Part shown: piece by piece, positions 25,830-37,115 of the stretch
How positions within the stretch are numbered: position 1 is the first letter of the stretch
Layout of the letters: every line of letters begins with the position of its first letter
Source: Octopus sinensis
Lineage: Eukaryota
DNA: 64,000 nt
Assembly: GCF_006345805.1 (NCBI RefSeq)
Contig: NC_042998.1
Span: 94,178,001-94,242,000, forward strand
Reading direction: 5' to 3'
Position numbers and translations under genes: made by a program
The notes under the pieces: model-generated
Databases searched by the model: none
Seen by the model: only the letters and a program-made list of their open reading frames with translations
What the model was told of the DNA's origin: nothing

Positions 25830-26945
25830 TTGATAGGTATGTATATTTTCAGAACAGAGATGTTCCCTATATTTATCTCAGGGCAGTCTTTTCAATGGAT
25901 GGTATACCATACTGATTTCACAATAGCATCACGTTGCAATAGGAAATAGTAGCTAGATAATATTTTCAGCCAGTTGTTAATCATGTGTAATATCTTCTAC
26001 TGAATTTGTGTACAAATGATCTCTTCTCTTTTTGATTATTTGAATTCTTCCTCCAAGGAAGGAATCGTTTCTAACAAAAATTCAAAGTTCCATCATTAGA
26101 ATGCAAATAATAAAAACAAAGTATCATTTTAAACTTGAGAAATGTCTTGCATATTTTTATTGTACCACTTACAGATTGTATTTGTAACTAACTGGTTGAT
26201 TTTTTTTTCCGAAAGCCCTAGTTTTTCTAGATTGTCACTTAGGTATTGACTCACAAAATAAGTGCACCAATTATTATTGATATAAATGTGAATTTATAAT
26301 CTTGCTTTAGAATCTGGAGGTTTCGAAGTAACTGTTCATAGCTATCTTTTTTCTCTTTAATTTCTGAAGAGATATTGACATTTGCAGGACAGTTAACCTC
26401 TATAACAGTACATACATTTCCTTGTCTGAACCAAACAACAACATCTGGACTGTTATGTTTACACTTGAGAGTAGTTTTGATGGGAATGTCTATCAATATT
26501 CTTTGTATTGATGTTCTTGTATGTATTCAATAACAGTGGTGGTGGGAATTTCTATATTTAATCCAGGACAGTCTTCTTTCTGGATGGTATTGTCTATTGT
26601 TTTAGCAACAACATCATGTCACATAGAGAGGTAGTAACTTGATGACATTTTGGGGCAGCTGCTAATCAGTGTGATGTCTTCCACAGAAACTTGACATAAT
26701 CTACATTTTCAGTTGCATCTTGGAACTCCATTGGTTTCACTGTCTCTTTTGTTGATTAGGTATTTAGTAGCAATCTCCTGTTCTTGGATAGAAAATGTGA
26801 TGTGGCAGTCAGGAGTCCAAGAGAGGTAGGTTGTGCTTCATATCAATATTACTGTCTTCATCAAGCCTTTGGAAAACATGCCTGTGCGTAGTCATTTTTT
26901 GGAATACTGAGTTTTTCATACAGGCTTTCTTTTGGGGTATATCTA
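25830..26945 (-). mobile_element. R4/Dong-like retrotransposon fragments (zinc knuckle plus restriction-like endonuclease)
   Basis: SIQEQEIATKYL, KCRLCQVSVEDIT..SSCPKM..YYLSM*HDVVAK, HNSPDVVVW..CTVIEVNCPANVNI..KKDSYEQL..IIIGAL; a second knuckle remnant at about 25880-26025; 5' end abuts (CATA)n at 26948-27028. Confidence 0.75.
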
Positions 26946-27932
26946 TGCATGTATGTATGTATGTATGTATGTATGTATGTATGTATGTATGTATGTATGT
27001 ATGTATGTATGTATGTATGTATGTATGTAGGTATATAGGTAGGTAAGTAGGTAGGTAGGTAGGTAAGTAGGCAGGTAGATAAGCTGGTAGGTAGGTGTTA
27101 TGCAAGCTGTTATTGAGTTTAAATTTCAGCAAGAGCATTGCTGACAGCCATGGTCTTTAACATCTAGGAATGAAACAATATGTCAACAATGGTCATACTT
27201 ATGTTATGAGTCAACAGCCACCACCATATATGTATGTATGTGTGCCAACATTGATGTTGGCACACAAAGATAAAATATTGGCAATCTCTTGTCACTCATA
27301 CTATCAGAAATGCAGTGAACCAACAACCAGCCTTTTGGAAACTTGTAACCAACAATATGAATTGTTTACCAATTGTGAGTTAATAAACTAAATTGATAAA
27401 TAAACAAATAAAATGGGCTTGAACCCGTATATACCTGATATATGTGGGGGAAAGTTTGGTGACACAACAGATAAGATAAAATAGAGTGAAATGCAGGAAC
27501 TGATAATTAATGATTCTCTCACATTAGTGCTTGACGGCTTAATGGTTTGGATGTTGCACTCATGATCATGAGATTGTGGTTTCAATTCCTGGGCTAGGCA
27601 GTGTTGTGTTCTTGAGCAAAACACATCATCTCATGTTGATCCAGTCCATTCAGCTGGCAAAACAAATGATCCTGCTGTAGACCAGCATTCTCTCAAGTGG
27701 AGGAATCCAGGAAAACTGGCCTTATAAACCTATGGCTCAGAAGGAACTTTGATCCTTTTTCTGATAGTATATGGTGGTGAGGAAATCTAGGTTAAGCTGA
27801 AAGTCTTCAGAGAAGCTTCTACCTCCCCCACATGCAAGTGTTTTGGTCCTTAATTTCTTACACTCTAAGTGAGCTGGGACTTCAGCTGCCAAAATTCTGT
27901 GCTACCATCTGCATTACAACCTTTCTACATGT

Positions 27933-29299
27933 TTAACCCCTTTTGTTACCATATTTCTGTTGAAATACACTGCTTGTGTTTTAGTTCATTATGGAGGGTT
28001 TTAATTCAGGTTACTTTAAAACAGGAACTTTATGTCATAAAATCAGGAGCAGTTTCAAGTGGGATTATGTCAAATAGGCAACCACTTTTACCATGTTTCT
28101 GTTGAAATACACTGCTTGTGTTTTAATTCATTGTGGAAATAAGGAAGAATTTAATAAAATAACTTTTTGTCATTATTAAGATTGTGTTTGTGTCTAAGGT
28201 AGCAAGCCGGCAGAAGCATTAGCACACTGGGTAAAATGCTTAGCAGCATTTTGTTTGTCCTTACATTCTGTGTTCAAATTCCACCAAGGCCAATTTTGCC
28301 TTCCATCCTTTTGGAGTCAATATTAAGAACAAGTGAAACACTGGGGTCAATGTAATCAACTAGTAGCTTCCCCAAAAATTTCAGGCCTTGTTCCTGTAGC
28401 AGAAAGGATATATAAAGATTGTGTTAAGAACATGAATTAACATCAAATTTTGATGGGAGGTTTAGATCCCTTTAAAACAGGAATCTAATGTAATAAAACC
28501 AGGAGCAGTCTCAAGTGTGACTGTATCGAATGGATAACCCTTTGTTACCATATTTCTGTTGAAATACACTTTTTGTGTTTCAATTCCTTGTGATGGAAGA
28601 TTTAGTTTAGATCTCTTTAAAACAAGAACCTTGTGTGAAAACCAAGGGCAGTCTCAGGCAGGCTGGTATCAAATGGGTTAACCCTTTCATAACTGTATTT
28701 CTTTTGAGATACTCTGTGTTTCTTTCAATTAATTACCTCCGCCAAGGAAGGAGGTTATGTTTTCATCAACATTAGTTTGTCCGTCTGTCTGTCTGTGTGC
28801 AAAATAACTCAAAAAGTTGTGAACGGTATTTGATGAAACTTGCAGAAAATAACACAAGGAACAGATGACGAAATTTTGGTAGTGATCTGAGAATTTTTAT
28901 GGATTCTTGAAGGAGTTTTCAGTTGTTATATTTACTTTACATGAAGTATTACATTACATTCTTTGATTATCTCCCTTGAAAACACGTTCATTGTTTCCAT
29001 GTAACCTATGGTGGCATTGCTGTTTCCAAAGTTTATTTTCGTTTCTCTATTAGTAATTTTACTCATGTATCTATCTTAAAATGAGCTGCTTGGCAGAGGT
29101 CTGCACTCTCCGAGTGCTTTTCTAGTTTGAAATACAACAAAGAATTTAGTAAAATAACTTAGTTATCATTAAGCTAGTGTTAGGAACATAAATTGTGACC
29201 AAGGTTCAATCGAAGATTTTAATTCAAGACTGATGAAAACAAAACATTTGTACTACTAAGCCAGAGGTGGTTTTAGACAGTTTGGTATAGAAGGGACTA
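27933..29299. mobile_element. Tandem cluster of piggyBac-like MITEs with a nested SINE and a nested HINE
   Basis: Repeated units starting TTAACCC(C)TTTGTTACCATATTTCTGTTGAAATACACT and ending GGTATCAAATGGG; junction GGG-TTAA-CCC at 28675-28684. Confidence 0.6.
28733..29127 (+). mobile_element. Helentron-associated element (HINE/DINE-1-like)
   Basis: Subterminal IR TACCTCCGCCAAG / CTTGGCAGAGGT, (GTCY)n microsatellite, 3' hairpin GCACTC-TCC-GAGTGC, ends CTAGTT; inserted at TT inside a MITE. Confidence 0.65.
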
Positions 29300-30551
29300 A
29301 GGTGCCCTAGAGCTAAGATATTTTGAATGTTGTAACTAGTTTTCTCTCTAAGATGCTGGTTGACTACTTATGACTTCAGTAGGGTTTGAACTCAAAATGT
29401 AAAAGGACATGGTTGAATTACTACAATGTTTATTTACTTTGATGTTCCATTATTGTATTTCCTTAGTTGCCTGCTTGAAGGATATTTCTTTTAAAAAACT
29501 CTAAGAGAAGATTTGACCATCCATATGCTTCTCTCTGCATTCATAGAATCAACATAGCTGGAATATGACATAAAGACACCAATTTGCTGTTTACACAAGC
29601 CTGGAGGCTCTAGAATTGTCTCTGTCAAGAGACTGGTTGGTTCCATTCTATTCATGCCATCACTAATGATGATGGAGGGGCAGCTGGCAATGGTGGTGGT
29701 GGTGGTGGTGGTTTTGGTGGTGGTGGCGAAGATGGTGATGGTGGCAGCAGTGGTGGTGGTGATGATGACTACAATGATAGCAACAATAAGAGGGATAGTA
29801 TCAGTAGCTGTGGTGAAGATGACAATAGCAGCAGTCGTGGCTGTGATGATGAGAATAAAAGGGGGTGAGTGGGGGAAGGAATAAAAGGCGGAGGAGGGAC
29901 AGGGGGAGGGAGATGAAGAAGGAGGAGGAAATATGGAGGGGAATAAGATGGGGGAGGGAGAGGTAGCATGCAAGAGGGAGGATGAGAGGAGGAGGAGGAA
30001 GTGAGGAGATGAGGAGGAGGAGGACGACGACGACAACTGAGCTGCAATTCCTTAAATTAAACCAAGGTGAAACTTCCCTTTTTTTTGCTGGCATTTTTTG
30101 AAAATTATGTGGAAAATCTTTTAACATATTTGCAACCATATTTCCAAAGAAACAGTCCGTCCGTGTCTTTCAATTAATATTGAAATTAACTGGGAATTTG
30201 AAGATTGTAAAGGTTAAGAGAATAACCCATTCTTATAATCATTAAGCTATGCATTTGCAATATAACAAAAAATTCTTGGAATATCTTGTAAGATTTTGAT
30301 TTAGGAAAAGAACAATTCAACCCTTTATCACTCAAATTATTCTGGCAAATCTAATGCTTCTTTATTCACATTATTTTTTACGAATAATGCATTGTTTTAA
30401 CTTTAAGGTTTCTACCATGTGATTTTTTATTTTTGGAATGATACCATAGGGTAGGTGGATCTGGTCAGTTTGAACATAAAGCATGCAGAATATTTGGGCT
30501 GGACATGGTTGGTTTGAATGCTAAAGGGGAAAAACAGGAAGGTTTCAATTA

Positions 30552-32232
30552 CACTGTGCAATGCTCAGAAAAGTACAAGAGATCTGTGTCCATTTTTATA
30601 TGCAAAATGACATGGGAAATCCATTTCTGGCCTTCTTTTTGTTGAATTAGGCATGGTTTCTACAGAATTGTCACTGTATACCCTTTTTGTCATTATTATT
30701 AAATAAAATTCTCTACCGCATTGTAAAATGGGTTTCAACCGAGGGCTAGAGACCAATCTTAGTAACACCTACAATGTGATTCAAAGCTTGTGTTTAATGT
30801 TATTTTTATCTTTCAGATCTTTTTTGTGTTCAACAGTGAGTGCAAGACTACAAAAATGATCCAAACAGATTCTGTTATATCTGTGTGGAAATGACTTTTG
30901 CTAAAGACAAGCGCAATATCAAGAAAATATACAAGGCGTACTTCGATTGCTACTTAGGAGACCAGAATAAGTCATGGGCTCCTCACGTGTGTTGCCTTAC
31001 GTGTGTGAAGACATTGAATGCCTGGTATGCAGGAAAATATGTTCACATGAAGCTTGGTGTTCCAATGATTTGGCATGAGCAGAAAGATCATTCTAATGAT
31101 TGCTATTTCTGTCACCATGACTTTACAGGCTGTACTACAGCAAAGAAAAAGAAACACATTGTTTACCCAAATTTGCAATCAGCAATGCACCAAGTATAGT
31201 ACTCAAAAAATTTACCGGTGCCCAAACCTCCAGATCAAGAAATGCAGAGTTCCAGCAGTGCTGATGAACATTCCAGTGGTGAATGTGTGGAGCCCAATGA
31301 TCCAGAAAGCGAGAATAAACCAATACCATTTTCTCAAGAGGCTCTAAATGACTTATGCAGGGATCTTTATTTAACCAAAGAAAAAAGTGAGTTTCTGGCA
31401 TCAAGGCTTCAAGAACGTAATCTTCTTGAGAAAGGAGTGAAGATAACCCTGTACAGAAAACGTATAGAGGATCTGCTTGCATTATTCACAATGAAGGATG
31501 GATGACTTATGCTTTTGTAATGACATCACTGAACATTTTGAGCAACAGGAAATACCATATGATAAAACCAACTGGCAACTTTTCATGGATGCATCCAAGG
31601 ACAGCATCAAAGCTGTTCTGCTACACAATGGTAACACTGCCTTCTGTTCCCATAGCTTATAGCACAACCATAAAAAGGTCATATGAAAATCTGAAAGCAA
31701 TTCTAACAAGCACACAGTATGATGATCATACCTGGCATATATGTGCAGATTTTAAGGTTGTGGCCATGCTTACTGGCCTTCAGCTTGGCTATAATAAATT
31801 TTACTGCTTCTTGTGCTTATGGAATTCCAGGGGCAAGAGCTGAACATTATGTATGCAAGGATTGGCTGATCCGAGATGAAATTGAGCGAGGAAAACACAT
31901 CATGCACAAACCACTTGTGAAAAGTGATAGAATTTTTTTACCACCTTTGCATATTAAACTTGGTTTGTTTAAGCAATTTGTGAAAGCCTTGGACAAGGAA
32001 TCCTCCGCATTTGAATATCTTGCAGAAAAGTTCCCTTCCCTGAGTCAAGCTAAAATTAAAGAAGGTTTCTTCATAGGTCCCCAAATTCGAAAAATTGTAC
32101 TTGATGAAACCTTCATCACACATCTCAAGAGAAAAGAGAAGCTTGCCTTTGAGTCATTCAAGAAAGTTTGCGATAACTTCCTGGGCAACCATAGTTCAGA
32201 AGACTATGTGCAAGTTGTGAATGATCTGCTGG
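30552..32232 (+). mobile_element. Chapaev3-like (CMC superfamily) DNA transposon, frameshifted and 3'-truncated
   Basis: TTA then CACTG terminus; FCYIC, YFDCYLGDQNKSWAPHVCCLTC, VPMIW..DHSNDCYFC, FMDASKDSIKAVLLHNG, ICADFKVV, LPPLHIKLGLFKQFVKAL, AKIKEGFFIGPQIR; ends at an RTE-derived fragment before the catalytic Glu region. Confidence 0.8.
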
Positions 32233-32349
32233 TCATTGACTCTGTGAGGCCCAACACTCAAAAGGAACTCAGCCACTTTGCCTCCAATGTGTATATATAT
32301 ATATGTATGTGTGGTGTGTGTGTGTGTGTGTGGTGTGTGTGTGTGTAAG

Positions 32350-32648
32350 TACACATATGGTTCCCTTCTCTTTATGATTAAGAATGAATTTCGACTGGGC
32401 AACTGCTTGGTAGCAAGGTTGTGAAGTCAAGCATCTTTTTTTGTTTGTCATCCTTTGAATCTTAAGGTCTTGCTCATATTATAGTCCCAGATATTGTAGT
32501 CATTTGTAGAGTATGAAATAAGGATTTCAGTAGTTCATAAATGTCCTCTTCTTGTATTTTTTGAACCACATTGGTATCTAGAAGGCAGCTGATTTCCACA
32601 ACAGAACATATTATTTCCTTGTGGTCCTACACAACAATAGCTGGCCAA
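32350..32648 (-). mobile_element. R4/Dong-like endonuclease fragment
   Basis: PAIVV*DHKEIICSVVEISCLLDTNVVQKIQ; 5' end abuts (CATA)n at 32650-32708. Confidence 0.6.
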
Positions 32649-33454
32649 ATGTATGTATGTATGTATGTATGTATGTATGTATGTATGTATGTATGTATGT
32701 ATGTATGTATTATCATCATCATCATTTAGTGTCCATTTTCCATGGTGGCATGGGTTGGAGAGTTTGACAAGAACTGACAAGGCCTAGAGCCACACCAGGT
32801 TCCATTGTCTGTTTTGGTTCGTTTTCTACTGCTGGATGCCCTTTCTAACACCATCTGTTTTACAGAGTGTACTGGATGTTTTTTTATATGTGGCACTGGT
32901 ACCAGTGTGTCTTATGTTGTGCCATCACTAGTGCTCTGTTACATGACACCAGTACCCTTCATAGGCAAGTATTACCAAGGTGATATTGGGATGTCAGTTC
33001 TGTTCTGTTGTGGTGGGCCAGATGTCTTGAGTGCAGTAATGTACTCCTTTGTCATCTTCGTAAGGCTCATCATTTGGAGACCAGCCTTCAATATTCTCCC
33101 CCATGTCTTCCCAGGTCACCCTCTTCCACACATGCCATCTGCATATATGTATATATGTATATATGTTTGATTGTATCTGTGTACCTCTCTATCTGTCTAT
33201 ATGTATGTATGTAGGTAGGTATGTATGTATTTATGTATGTGGATGGGTAGGTAGGTAGGTAGGTGTGTAGATAGGTAAGTAGTAGATATGTCTGTATGTA
33301 TATGTGCATGTATGTATGGATGTATGTATGTACGTATGTATCTATGTGCATATGTATTATGTATGTATACGTAAGTACGTTGTATGTACATATGTACATA
33401 TGTACATATGTACATATGAACATATGTATGTATGTAAGTATGTATGTATGCATG

Positions 33455-33790
33455 TATGAACATTTCTTCTGTTTTTTAATTATAAATCTTCCATTGAGGA
33501 TGTAGTTAACACAGACAAATTCACATTTGGAACTTGAGAAAGTCTTGCATATTTTTACTGTTCCACTCATAGATTGCACTTATAATGTACAAACTATCCG
33601 GTTGATTTCTCTTTCTGAAAATCCCAGTTTATCCAGATTAGTAGTTCTGTTTTCATTCGTAGTGACGTTGTTAGCTTCATCTGTGGTGGTGTTAGTGTCA
33701 GCCATAATCGTGTTAGCGAGATTTCACATGGTGTAGATGTATATTTTAAAATCTCTTCAGGATAACACTACATTGGTGAGTAAAATATGC
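33455..33790 (-). mobile_element. R4/Dong-like 3' end fragment
   Basis: LDKLGFSEREINRIVCTL*VQSMSGTVKICKTF followed by a (CATA)n tail. Confidence 0.6.
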
Positions 33791-34291
33791 TTCTCTTATT
33801 AATTATTGAAGAAATAAACCAGTTACCAATTTAGGCTGGAGAAATTGGCATATTTCTAGTGGAAGGCATTCAAAATAGACTTTTAAATGGTTCCCTACAC
33901 CTGCATGTCCAACGTTGATGGTGCCATATGTATGTGTGTATGTATGTCTTTACCATCTAGCAAGGTACATAGCTTAGTGGTTAGGGTAGTCATTGTCATA
34001 AGGTCATGAGTTCAATTCCTGGTAGTGGGTTGTCCTTGAGCAAGATACTTTATTTCACATTGCTCCAGTCCACTCAGCTGGCAAAAATGAGTTGTACTTG
34101 TATTTCAAAGGGCCAGCCTTGTCACACCTGTGTCACACTGAATCTCCCTGAGAACTACATTAAAGGTACGTGTGTTTGTGGAGTGCTCAACCACTTGCAC
34201 GTTAATTTCACAAGCAATTTCATGAACAGGCTGTTCCATTGATCAGATCAACTGGAACCCTCATCGTTGTATAGGCATGAGGGCCTATAAT

Positions 34292-34702
34292 TGTATGTAT
34301 GTCATTATTCAGTTTTATTTCAAGGTTTCTTACCAATAGAGAAAGAATTGGTTTCTAACCTAGATCCAAGGCTCCTTCATTGAAATTTCAACATCAACAA
34401 CAGGGTATGTATGTATGTATGTATGTATGTAGATGTGCAGATTTATGTATATATTTTCATTGCATATAGTTACATATCTAGACATGCTCATATATAATAT
34501 ATATATAAAATGATAAAATTCTGGAAAGTTTTACTGATTTTTACAGTTCCACTGATGGCTTAAATCTGTAGTCTTCGAATCAGCTTTCTCCTTTCTGGTT
34601 TTGAGAAGTCTAATTTCTCAAGATTGGTATATAGCAGAGAATCCCAGTGCTCCAGTAATTACAGGTATAAACCTGAACTTGTAATCTGGATAGAGTAACT
34701 TT
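34292..34702 (-). mobile_element. R4/Dong-like 3' end plus UTR, close relative of 10059-10545
   Basis: Reverse complement of TTACTCTATCCAGATTACAAGTTCAGGTTTATACCTGT...CCCTGTTGTTGATGTTGAAATT..CAATGAAGGAG...GAATAATGACATACATAC; CATA repeats at both ends. Confidence 0.7.
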
Positions 34703-35462
34703 AGGTATGTATGTGCTTGAATATTTGTCTCCATGAGTTGGATGGATTATCACAGTTAGTACTTTACTCTGTCTCATCACCTTGATAAAAACATCTCTCT
34801 CTCTCTCATTCTCTCTCTCATTCTCTCTCTCTCTCTCTCTCATTCTCTCTCTCTCATTCTCTCTCTCTCTCTCTTTCTCCCTCTATCTATATCTCTTCTA
34901 TTCTCTGTCTGTAATAAGGACATAAAGAGGCCCTTAAGTCATGCAAGTTTCAAGGTGAGCTCATGAGTGCTGGTTCCACATGAGCAGTGGAGAATGTTTC
35001 TGTATGTTCCACACGGGCAGTTATAACTTGCAGATCAGTGGTTTCAATGTGCAACAGTCAGATGAATAACACTTTACATGATTAAAAATAAGACAAGGGT
35101 TAGCAACAGGAAAGGCATCCAGTTGTTAAATGCAACTTCAAGATTTTACTTTCAGCCCAGAAAGCATAGAAAATGTGGGACACACAAATGAGGAACAAAC
35201 TAAAGAGACATTATTTTATTAAGAAACAATAAATTTGCTTTATAATTCTTTCTTTGGTGACCAACTTTTCATTTTTGCTGACTGAAAATTTCTCTCAAAG
35301 TATACCATCTGGCAAGAGGCCAGCTAGCAACTTGTCTTCAGGTGAACCAATAGATCTTGATATTATTAAATCAGAAGTTTTTAACTTTTATATCTGTGAC
35401 CTAATTTGAAGTAGATTGAAGGTTGCTGCTTTTAAAAGGGATCAAGTAGACAATTGTGTATC

Positions 35463-35502
<40 letters not shown>

Positions 35503-35885
35503 ATGGGTGTGTGCATGTGTGTGTGTGCGTGCTTGTGTGTGTATATGTGTGTGAAATGGCTAGATATCGATAGTGACATAGATAAACAAACAGACAGACA
35601 GATGCACATATACATACATACATGCATACATACATACATATATTCTTTTACTTGTTTTACTCACTTGAGTGCGGCCATGCTGGAGTACTGCCTTTTAGTT
35701 GAACTAAATGACTCCATGGCTTATTCTTTATAAACTTGGTACTTATTTTATCAGTCTCCTTTGCCGAAATGCTAGTTTATGGGGAGATAAACACATCAGG
35801 ATCAGTTGTCAAGTGACAGGGGGGGACAAGCGATGGTGGGGGGGATAAACACAGACAAAAATATATACATCATCATCATCATCAT

Positions 35886-36101
35886 CTCTTTTTACTCTTT
35901 TACTTATTTCAGTCATTTGACTCTGGCCATGCTGGAGCACTGCCTTTAGTCGAGCAAATTGACCCCAGTACTTATTTTTGTAAGCCTAGTAGTTATTCTA
36001 TCTGTCTCTTTTGCCGAACTGCTAAGTTATGGGGACGTAAACACACCAGCATCGGTTGTCAAGCGATGTTGGGGGGACAAACACAGACACACACACACAC
36101 A

Positions 36102-36141
<40 letters not shown>

Positions 36142-36317
36142 TATACATATATACAATGGGCTTCTTTCAGTTTCTGACTACCAAATCCACCCACAAGGCT
36201 TTGGTCAGCCTGAGGCTATAGTAGAAGACACTTGCCCAAAGTGCCACGCAGTAGGATTGAACCCAGAACCATGTGGTTCGTAAGCAAGCTACTTACCACA
36301 CAGCCACTCCTATGCCT
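35886..36317 (-). mobile_element. Full-length SINE family B copy
   Basis: Complete head, core, (TG)n and tail as at 8883-9297; a partial tail copy lies adjacent at 35645-35860. Confidence 0.75.
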
Positions 36318-37075
36318 ATAACATCCGCTTTCCATGCTATCATAGGTTGGATGGTTTGACTGAGGACTGGCAAGCCAGACTGCAGCAGGCTCCAATCTGA
36401 TCTAGCAAGGTTTCTACAGCTGGATGCCCTTCCTAATGCCAGCCACTCAAAGAATGTAGTGGGTACTTTTTACATGCCACTTGCATGGGAGCCAGTCAGG
36501 GGGCACTGGCACCAACCACGTTCGGATGGTGCTTTTTATGTGCACTGACAAGCTTCTTTCAGTTTCTGTCTACCAAATCCACTCACAAGGCTTTAGCCAG
36601 CCCAAGGCTATAGTAGAAGACACTTGCACAAGGTGCTATGCAATAGGACTGAACCCAGAACCATGTGGTTGGGCAGCAAGCTTTTTACCACATAGTCACA
36701 CCTGAGCTTATACACACATATGCACATATATTCATAAATAGATATAGGGAGAGAGAGAGGGGGGAATTCTTTAATTTAAATGCACCTGCATCAAAATAAT
36801 ACACATCTGTTCAATAGAAGTGTCAAACTGTAAATATATATTGGTATTGGCATAGACTTGCATGTAAGTTTTGATCCCTGTAAGCAAGGATGGATGTAAA
36901 TATACACCATATCATCTTCATCATCATCATCATCATTGTCGTCATCAATCTCACCACTATCATCATCATTGTCGTCATCATTTTACATTTGCTGTCCATG
37001 CTGACATGGGTTGGATGGATTATCACAGTTTCTCATCACCTTGCCAAAAACATCACTCACTCTCTTTCTCTCTCT

Positions 37076-37115
<40 letters not shown>

